Origin: Monosiga brevicollis MX1
Taxonomy: Eukaryota
NCBI RefSeq assembly: GCF_000002865.3
Contig: NW_001865056.1
Span: forward strand, 561,256 to 625,255
Length of the DNA stretch: 64,000 nt
Direction: 5' to 3'
In this document: positions 54,101 to 64,000 of the stretch, in pieces
How the letters are laid out: every line of letters begins with the position of its first letter
Numbering within the stretch: the stretch's first letter is position 1
Translations under genes and position numbers: made by a program
Notes under the pieces: generated by a model
The model's input: only the letters and a program-made list of their open reading frames with translations
Told to the model about the DNA's origin: nothing
Databases searched by the model: none

Positions 54101-57100
54101 AGGTTCTGCGCAAACAAGAGGAGATTATGGAGCGCGAGCGCCAGGCGCAACAAGCCGAGCTCGAGCGCGTCAAGCACGAGCTGGCTGAGACAGAGGTGAG
54201 CAGTTTGACGCTTTGAGCCTGATGATATTTGGCAAGGTCGTCCGCATCTGTGGGCAAGAAGCACTTCACGGTGCGCCAAACTCACGCGCGCGCGTTGCGT
54301 TGATGCAGACGCAACATCAAGAGCTGCGTATCCAGCTGGATGCGTTGCAGCAACAGCATGTATATAGCGAGCAAAAAGCCAAGGAGCAGACACGCCTAGT
54401 GGCAGATCTGGAGAACCGCCTGCGCCTTCGCGAGTCAGAGCTCAAGAGCCAGTTGGATGAGCAGCGGCATTCCATGAACGCGATGCGGCAAGAACTGCAC
54501 GAACGTGAGGCGGATCTCAACTCTCAGGTTGTTGAGCGTGAGGCCACAATCCGAGAACTTACAGCCAAGGTCTCACGCGGCGAGGATTTGGAAAAGTCGG
54601 TGCACGAAATGAAAACTAAAATGCGAAGCCAGGAGGGCGAGCTGGATCACACTCGAGGCGAGGTGGCGCGCCTCAGCAACAAGTACGAGTCACAGGCCAA
54701 GCTCCTGGAAACGACCAAGGCCGCCTACGACAAGACACTCAAGGAGTTGAATGAGGTGCTCGTGCAGAAAGAGCAGATTGCCAGTCAAGTGCGCCAAGAG
54801 CTGGACCAAGCTAAGTCTGAGCTTGACCAGACCGCCCACGACTTGGAACAAGCGCGCGATAAGATTGCTACGCTAGAGAAGCAGCTTGCCGAGCGCACGC
54901 GCTATGTGGAGCAATTGGAGGCTGACCTGAACACGCACCAAACTCTCTTGCAACGTACGCAAGAGGAAGGTGATCGACAGGTCTCGCAGTTGCGTAGCAA
55001 GCTCTCGGCCGCGGAAGCTTCAGCTGCGGATGCGCAGCACGACTTGGAGCGTGTCAAGAGCCAAATGAATCGTGGCCGTACCGACATGCAGGACGAGGTG
55101 GCCCGATTAGAGGGCGTCATCCGTGACCGTGACGCGGCCTTGGAGAAGGCCAATGCGCGCGTGGACCAGTTGCAACGCGAAATCGCTGAAGACGCACAAG
55201 AGAAGACATCTGCGCATCACAAGGCACAGTTGCAGATGACCGAGGAAGTGGCCGAGCTCAAGCTGCAACTTCAGCAGCGTGATGTGCAGTTGCGCGCGGC
55301 AATTGCTGAGAAGGAAGCCATCATGACTGAGCTCGAGCACAAGGTCTCAACCGGCGAGGCCGAAGCCGCTGCTGAACTGCGAGCCAAGCTCCGCGAGAAG
55401 GCCATGGAACTGGACGAACGCGACTCAGAGCTGATGCGGGTTAAGAGCAAACTGACCTCACAGGTGGGTGCCCATGCATGGTTGTGGCTATGCGAATGGC
55501 TGTCCTCTTGTTTGCACAAGCAACTTGAGTCGCTGTGGCAAATTTCGTGGGTGTTGAGGGCCAAACTTGAACCGTTTCTCACTTTTGCACCTTGGGGGGC
55601 TTTTGGGCGTCGTTGGACATCTGTAGGAATCACTTCTTGAGATGACGCGTGGTGAGCACGAGACCATGGTCAAGGAGTTGAAGCGCATGCTGACCAGCAA
55701 GGACGACTTGCTGAAAACGCGACAGCAGGAAGCCGACTCGAGCTACGCTGAGCTCGAGCGCAAGCTACGCACAACCAAGGAGGATGCCGACCGCCGTGTG
55801 CGCGAGGCTGAGGATGAGCTCGCGACGTTGCGCCTGCAGCTTCGCCAAAAGGAGACGCAGGTGCAGCACGAAATTGCGGCCGCAGAACAAAACACACAGC
55901 ATCTTCAGAGCCGCATCACGGCCCTCGATGCACAGGTGGAGGCAGAACGTGGCAAGACCAAATCGACCGAGGCCCGGCTTGAAGATATGCGGGAGGAGCA
56001 AGACCGCTTGCTGGCCAAAATCAACGAGCAGCACTTGCTTGTGCAACGCACCAAGGCAGCCCATGATCGTTTGGCGCAGGACACCGAACTGGCTGCCCAA
56101 GATGCCAACAAGCGACTAGAGGCGGCGGAGAAGCAGCATGCCGATAGTAAGGAACGCTTGGAGGGCCTCATTTCTGAGCTGCAAGGCCAGCTTCGCGACG
56201 CCATTGCCAGTGCAGAGCGCGAGGCTGAGCGCAAGCAGGAGGAGTTTGATGCCAAGCTGCAAGCGCTGGAGGAGAACGTCACCCGCCGCGAGCGTGAGGT
56301 CTCAGAGTTGCAGATTGCCAAGCACGAGCTTGAGCGCCAGGTATGGAAAGCCTGAACCGGGATTGCAGGACCGGGTTAGAGAAGGGGACTGGGAGCTTGT
56401 TCGCAGCAATCTTGAAACCATTCCCAAAAAGTTGAGGTGTTTTCGTCGCTGTTGGCTGTTGACCATCAATAAAAACCCGCGTGTGCGCAGCTGGAGGAAC
56501 TTGGTGACCAAATGGAGGAGAAGGATGCCGAGTATGCCATGGCGCAGCGCAAGGTGGAGAATTTCGAGAAGCAGCTGGAAACTACACAACAAGAGCTCGA
56601 GGCCGCGCAGTCCGAGGCAGCCGAGATGCAGGGTGCCAAGGCTCAGACCGAAGCCGAGGCCGAGCTGGCGCGTCAGGAATTGGAAGCTCAGAAGAAGAGG
56701 ATGGAGGAAGGCAACAAGAAGCAGCAAGTGCAAATGGCCAAGGCCATTCGACTGTATGGCCGCAAGAAGACGCGCGATCGCTCCGACGTTGACGTCGACC
56801 TGGCTCGGTACGTGTCAGATGAGGATTGTGTGCGCGATTGAAGAAGCGTGCCTTGCATCCCCGTCCACTCAAGGTCTGGCCCTTTGGCTGTGTTTGAATG
56901 TTAGCTTCATCGGCTTTAGTCGGGATTTGGAACAGCTGCCGCTTGGCGTCGAGCTTACGCGCTTCAAGTGCAAGAGCGAAATTGTGAAGCAGGCAAGTTG
57001 CAGGCGCACGACCACCCTCGCCCGCCTCTTTGTAGGATATCTAGGCCACAGCGGCCTTTTGTCTGCTTGTTTTGAATAATAATGTGTGCACGTCAAACTC

Positions 57101-57622
57101 TTTGTTCATAGACGGGCACCAATTGGGATCACCGCTGGCTGGTCTTTGACCTCCAACAAAACGCGGTGATTGTGTTTGATGGCTCCCGCGAACTGCGCAC
57201 GCACATCAAGACACGCATTCCCATGTCTGAGGTGAGCACCCCCTCAATTCGGCCGCGTTCTCTTCAGTTTGGCGCGTAGACCAGCGCAATCGCCCCTCAA
57301 CATAACATGATCCTTGCGACCTTGGTTTGACGCGCAGATTATGGCGGCAAGCAAGCCCAAGGGCAAGACCATGTCCAAGGAGCACGAGTTTCTCATTGAG
57401 TCTAATAAGCGCGTCTATACGTTCCGTGCCGCTTCGCCAGAACTGCGTGACCTGTGGATCGCTGTCATCAACACCATCGCGCCAGTTTCCAAGGATGGTG
57501 CCAGAAAGTCGGTGACATCGCGCGCTCTCGGCTCGCCGAGCCGTGCTTCTTTTGTTCGCCCTCGCTCCAGCTCGTCTGTCAGCTCCTCTTCCAGCTTGCG
57601 GCGCAAGTCCACCATCAACTGA
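49615..57622 (+). CDS. Unconventional myosin: motor, IQ, long coiled coil, C-terminal PH domain; many exons
   Basis: '[14 protein letters not shown]', P-loop 'GESGAGKT', 'NDNSSRFGK', 'DIFGFENF', 'CIKPN' and '[13 protein letters not shown]'. IQ 'LQKCLRGFAGR'. Coiled-coil exons 54309-56810. PH-like '[36 protein letters not shown]'. Confidence 0.92.
51062..51143. repeat. (CT)n microsatellite, intronic
   Basis: Visible run. Confidence 0.95.
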
Positions 57623-57941
57623 GACGCAAGAAGCGTACCAGCATTTTTTGCTCCCCGGCCCGTCTTCAATGCCCGCTTAGGATGTGTGGCCGGGTGTTTG
57701 TTCGTAACAGTGCCCGTCCCATACTTTCTCCCCCTTGTACGGTGTTTGCACGTTGGTCATCGGCCTGAATGTGACGGGCTCTTGCTTTACGTCACTGCTT
57801 TGCTTCTACTTTGCCCCTTGGTATCTCGGCCCAATGGGGCCAGTATTGGCCTAGTGTGGCATGTGTGCACACTTATTGCCTGATTGAACTGTGAGATGTG
57901 GCGCTTCGCGCGGCGAAGTCGATTTTGTCTCTGTACGATAT

Positions 57942-57985
57942 AACAATCTCTCATCTGTCAACAACAATCTCTCGTCTGTCAACAA
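57942..57985. repeat. About 21-bp direct duplication
   Basis: aacaatctctc(a/g)tctgtcaac twice. Confidence 0.8.
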
Positions 57986-58089
57986 GCAACTGCACATTCT
58001 CTTTTATACGGTCTGAAAGCCACAAGCCCGTGTTTCTCCGCCAGCCCTGCTGGCTGCCCACAAGGGGGGTCCAAGGCAGCTGAACCAAG

Positions 58090-59264
58090 TCACAAAGCGG
58101 GCACGTGAACAAAATCTCCACCAGCGCACTCCACGGGAGCTGTGCAGCGAGCCCATATGGTCAGTTCATCCCGGTGCCCCGGCCAGGTGGGCAAAGGCAC
58201 GCGCTGGATGCAGCGATAGGCTTCGAAGAGTGCCAATTGGCAGGAGCGGGCTGTGCTTTGACCCCAGGGATTGGCGGCGCAGGTCTGCCCGACCAGTTCA
58301 CCAACGTGGATGATCCATTGTCCTTGAAACCGACGCACGCATTCCTCTCCAAATGAGCTCGATTCTGCCTCGTCAGGCCATGCCAAGAAAAGAGCCGTCT
58401 TGGCCCAACTTGGCAAGAGCAAGTCGGTTTCCCACGTGACTTCTGATGCCTGCAGCTCGTTCAAGTTGGGTTCGGCAGGGGGATGCTGGCCGTCTCCCAT
58501 CGTGAGTGGTTTTGACTCGAGGCAATGATGAGCGGCATCTGAGGCACGTGGAGCATCGTTGGAAGGGAGCGTCATGCCGTCCTCGTGCGCGTCACTTTGC
58601 GGGTCTCCTGAGGCCTCAGGGTCCCCCGAGCCTCTTGTGTCCTCCGAGTCTTCCGAGCCTTTTGTGTCCTCCGAGTCTTCTTCCGTGGTTCCAGAGTCCC
58701 CCGAGTCCCCCGAGTCCTCCGAATCCCCCGAGTCCTCCGATTCAGTGCCAAAGCGATTGTTGGCATGCCGAGCACGGTGAGCGGCGGCCTGACCCACTTG
58801 AGTGGTACCATCGCTATGCACAACCTCAAGAAGATCGGCGTTGGCGGCACGCTGGTAGCAACGCAGCAGATGACGCAGGGGGCGTGACAGGACACGCTCG
58901 TTGGCAGGAACGACAGTGCAATATGCGGGTGCGCTGGTTTGAAACCAGGTGCCGTTATCAAAGGGAATGACGTTCACGCCACGGCAGACGAGCAAGCTCT
59001 CCCAGTACCCAAGACCAGCCCCGGCTGAGACGACGAGCTCGCATGGGAGACGGACGACGGCTTCCAGGGCAGCCTCGCAGGGAACGGAGAAGCTGAAACG
59101 TATCTGCAGCGCTTGACTACACTCGGGATCCGCCGCAACATCCCGTAGCCAGTTCACAAGCTCGGCGCGGCGGCTTGCCGTGAGCCGCGGGTCACAAAAG
59201 CGATCCACGTCGTGCGGCGCCCGCGCCATGCGTCGCCGATAACGCAACTCGTAATCACAACAAG
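58090..59264 (-). CDS. SAM-dependent methyltransferase-like protein, 5' end probably lost in the gap; visible part intronless
   Basis: 'FSVPCEAALEAV..VVSAGAGLGYWESLL..GVNVIPFDN' (motif I-like), 'ALFLAWPD' and 'GQWIIHVGE'; internal Ser/Glu/Asp repeat insert. Confidence 0.65.
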
Positions 59265-59763
59265 NNNNNNNNNNNNNNNNNNNNNNNNNNNNNNNNNNNN
59301 NNNNNNNNNNNNNNNNNNNNNNNNNNNNNNNNNNNNNNNNNNNNNNNNNNNNNNNNNNNNNNNNNNNNNNNNNNNNNNNNNNNNNNNNNNNNNNNNNNNN
59401 NNNNNNNNNNNNNNNNNNNNNNNNNNNNNNNNNNNNNNNNNNNNNNNNNNNNNNNNNNNNNNNNNNNNNNNNNNNNNNNNNNNNNNNNNNNNNNNNNNNN
59501 NNNNNNNNNNNNNNNNNNNNNNNNNNNNNNNNNNNNNNNNNNNNNNNNNNNNNNNNNNNNNNNNNNNNNNNNNNNNNNNNNNNNNNNNNNNNNNNNNNNN
59601 NNNNNNNNNNNNNNNNNNNNNNNNNNNNNNNNNNNNNNNNNNNNNNNNNNNNNNNNNNNNNNNNNNNNNNNNNNNNNNNNNNNNNNNNNNNNNNNNNNNN
59701 NNNNNNNNNNNNNNNNNNNNNNNNNNNNNNNNNNNNNNNNNNNNNNNNNNNNNNNNNNNNNNN
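59265..59763. other. Assembly gap
   Basis: Run of N. Confidence 1.
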
Positions 59764-59801
<38 letters not shown>

Positions 59802-59951
59802 TAGTTTCTCTCTCCTCAAACTCTCTCTCTCTCTCTCAAATCTCACTGTCTCTCACTCATTCTCTCACAGCCTCCGTCTCTCTCCGTGTGTGGGATGGAG
59901 GATGGTTGAGGGTTGGAGGGGGGCAGTCGAGCGTTGGTGGTAAGGGGAAGG

Positions 59952-60770
59952 ATGGCAGGGGAGGGTGATGTTGGCCAGGTGTGTGTCGCTGAGATGGCGA
60001 CCCGGGCAGGAGGATCGCCGGCGGCGGAGAGTGTCACCCACGCTGACGATGGTGAGCCCGAGTTTGGTGAGGCCAGCTTTTGCTTGGACACTGCGGGGAT
60101 GACAGCTACGCCTGGGCCCGCGTCACTGGAGGTACCGCTCTATCGTGAAGATTACGATGACCCCCTCAGCAATCTGGGTCCAGAGACCGAGGGCGAGGGC
60201 GAGTCGGTCCTCATGGAGAGCCTGTGTTTCAACTGCGAGCAGCCGGGCCACAGCGCACGGGAATGTCCAGAGCCCTTTAATCGTGCCGCCTTTCATGCCA
60301 ACTTGGCTGAATTCCGCCGGCAGCAAGACGAGCGTGCCGATGCTGCCGGTCTGACTGGAGGCCGCTTCTACCGGTCCGACACTGCTGGCCAGGATCCCCA
60401 AGCTGTGTCCTGGCGTCAAGCCATGCGACCTGGCCAGATCTCCGAAGGCCTAAGCCGAGCCCTGGGTCCCGTCGAAGGAGGCATGCCCGTGGATCTCCTC
60501 CGCCGTCTGCTGTTGGTTGGATACCCACCCGATTGGACACCGCGCGAGTATCATCATTGGTGCCACCCAGAGCTCGAGGCCCAAGCAGCCGTGGATGCGG
60601 AGAAGGACCTCATCATCCACGACGAGGACATGGAACTCGAGACCCCACCCCAAAGCGGCGACGAGGACGAAGGCCCGCCCACGAACATGACCCAACCCGT
60701 CAAATTCCCAGGCTTCAATGCGCCCTGGAACTGCCATCTGTCGAATACCACCCCCTCACCTCAGGTCTAA
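59952..60770 (+). CDS. ZCCHC8-like protein (CCHC knuckle + PSP domain)
   Basis: 'CFNCEQPGHSARECP', 'RPGQISEGLSRALG..RRLLLVGYPPDW' and 'KFPGFNAP'. Confidence 0.85.
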   Translation: MAGEGDVGQVCVAEMATRAGGSPAAESVTHADDGEPEFGEASFCLDTAGMTATPGPASLEVPLYREDYDDPLSNLGPETEGEGESVLMESLCFNCEQPGHSARECPEPFNRAAFHANLAEFRRQQDERADAAGLTGGRFYRSDTAGQDPQAVSWRQAMRPGQISEGLSRALGPVEGGMPVDLLRRLLLVGYPPDWTPREYHHWCHPELEAQAAVDAEKDLIIHDEDMELETPPQSGDEDEGPPTNMTQPVKFPGFNAPWNCHLSNTTPSPQV

Positions 60771-61002
60771 GCTTCAAGCTTTACGTTACATGAATATGTC
60801 AACAGCAGCCTCTCCCTATCGCGGCCTACCAAGCCCAAGCCTGAGCAAGCTCTTGCCCCTTGCCGTCCTTGTGGCTCCTCCTTTGCACCCACCCCCCTGC
60901 TGCAAACAAGAATGACCCCCAGGTATCCCGTTATCATCTGTGATGATCAACTCGTTGTCTGCCCATTTCCCAAAATCAAATGCTATCAGTGATTGGCTCT
61001 TG

Positions 61003-61210
61003 AATCCCTCTCTCTCTTGAATCTCTCTCTCAAACTCTCAAACTCTCTCAAACTCATACTCTCTCTCATACTCTCTCTCAAACTCATACTCTCTCTCATA
61101 CTCTCTCTCAAACTCTCTTGAATCTCTCTCTCTCTCATACTCTCTCAAACTCTCTTGAATCTCTCTCTCTCTCTCGCAAACTCTCTCTCTCTCTCTCAAA
61201 CTCGTCTCTC
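61003..61210. repeat. Degenerate CT-rich minisatellite
   Basis: Recurring units ctctctcaaact, ctctctcatact and ctcttgaat; a 30-bp unit repeats at 61051-61110. Confidence 0.9.
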
Positions 61211-61676
61211 TTTTCATTTTCAAAAACAGTCAAAAAAAAAGCAGTGAGCAGCAACAGCAGCAGCAGCAGCAGGAGGGGGCAGCGAAGGGCAGTGGTGGCG
61301 GATTCCCTTGCGGCTTGATCGGGGTTCTTGAGAGGCTGGGGCGTGGACTGGGGTGGAACGTCCCGTGCACGTCGTGTGGCTGCTGGTTTATGGCAGAAGA
61401 AACATACAAATAAAATAGGTGAGGCAGTTGGCAACCGAGGCCATGGAGCCTTCTCGGGCCCCAACGACCCTGCTTTGCACCGTGCTTGAAAAGGCAACCA
61501 GAGCCTCACCATTTCGTGCCATTGTCGCATTATGCGGCCGGCTCTGTTGCATATGGGTCTCACATTCCTCGTCCCGTCTATGCTTTAGCCGCAGGCCGAG
61601 CAAAACACCGGCCGCAAGGTTGATTGACCTGTTTAGACAGCATTGGTCGGGGGTAGCAGCCGTGCACACCAACGCC

Positions 61677-62761
<1,085 letters not shown>

Positions 62762-62959
62762 TCAAAAAGTGTGCTGTTTCCCATGTGCTGAAGTGTGCTG
62801 ACTGCCTGTCCGTCCTCTTGCTGTTGAGCTGGTCTTTTGCAGCTCCCAAGGGGTGAAGGGCTGATACACCACACACATCTGCTATTCATATGTCGGACTT
62901 TCCATGTGTTTTATGTGTGATTGTAGAAGCGTGCCAGGTTGCTGTCGCGTATTTTCTAT

Positions 62960-64000
62960 CCAATTTAGCAATTTTTACACCGTTCAGTTGACCCCCGCTC
63001 CATGCCGTGCGCACTTGTTGCCCAAACCTGGGGGAGTACTACCGAATCACGCCGAGTCATCATTTCGTGGATAACGTACAATGGAAGACTTTCGCTTTGG
63101 AAATGGACTGCCTCAGAAAATTTGGAAGCTGAAAAGGGTCTGGAGGACGTTGCACCCCACCCCGGAAACTATTCAGCTCACACGCGCACACCAGCATGGA
63201 TATCCATATCAGGAAAAGCGGCTCCCATTGGCTTGAGTGAATTCACAGTCATAACGAAAAGTCAGTGAGGCAGTTTGTGCTGAAAATGGGAAAAAAACCC
63301 TCCTTAATTGCAAAAATATTCACCATCATTCATGATCCGGTGTCAAGACCCGGCACGACTAGCGAGCAACGAGCTCAAACCGCCATAGCGACCACACGTC
63401 TGCTTTGAAGCCTCAATGATTCGAGGTCTGCTTCCTCTGCCTTATTATTATTGATTAATAATTGACTATTTCACCTGGTTGTGGACATTGAGAGGTAGCG
63501 GCCTGCTAAGAAACATGCTTGAGACGCAATTGAGAGAAGCGCGGGGTACTCAATTCAGCACGAGCTTGTAGGTGGAACGGAAAACGACATGCGAACAAGT
63601 TAACCAAACAAACAAACAAACAAAAAAAAAAATCGATTTGGGGTCTGGTCCAGTTTGTAGCCAAAACGCTTGTCTGAAGTCAGGCGTGGCTTTTTAGCCC
63701 AACATGTCAGCTAGCGGCAACACAGACTGGTAATCGGGATGGACATAACTTTCCTCCTCTTCATCTGCATGCGGGCAAAGATTGATGAATAATCTAGCAC
63801 TTCTGCTGTGACCCAAGCACAAATGACATAATGGCACTGGTTGACATGCGGTGGAGATGAGAGAGAATGCATACCTCCGGCGCCGGCGCCGTTGGCCTCG
63901 TTGTACAGCTTGTTGTCAGTGTCGAGGCTCAGCACCATGGGCAAAACACCACGTCGTCTGTTGACCGCCCAGCAACGAGGTCAAATGTCATGCGCAATCA
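62960..64000 (-). CDS. Probable 3' part of an unidentified spliced gene running off the window
   Basis: Short open segments bounded by plausible splice sites, e.g. 'PMVLSLDTDNKLYNEANGAGAG'. No motif recognised. Confidence 0.25.

Noticed and set aside
61003..61210. Repeat array considered as CRISPR-like
   Set aside because: Low-complexity units without unique spacers, no cas genes, eukaryotic context.

Overview
Compact, intron-rich eukaryotic DNA with short GT-AG introns, many (CA)n/(GA)n microsatellites and two N gaps. Animal-like genes (TRAF7, TMEM170, DNAJC4, an unconventional myosin) occur together with elongation factor 3. This suggests a unicellular holozoan, probably a choanoflagellate such as Monosiga brevicollis (inference). 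About 24 protein-coding genes were assembled by eye, and exon boundaries are approximate. They are DES1, a glutaredoxin-like protein, DNAJC4-like, TMEM170, a TM-TPR-ankyrin-JmjC protein, a spliced Harbinger/HARBI1-type DDE nuclease, a secreted PNGase F-type protein, UBA2, a MATH protein, UGCG, PABPC, APRT, an orphan, MsrB, GAPDH, PEX5, eEF3, TRAF7, ZNF830-like, a myosin with a coiled-coil+PH tail, a methyltransferase-like ORF, ZCCHC8-like, PDE6D and a partial gene at the right edge. The most notable observations are the intron-containing Harbinger nuclease without evident TIRs, dense TGACA clusters in two bidirectional promoters, the PNGase F-like enzyme with intact catalytic motifs, and the membrane-anchored TPR-ANK-JmjC(HxH) protein. 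No multi-gene novel system could be established from the sequence alone.
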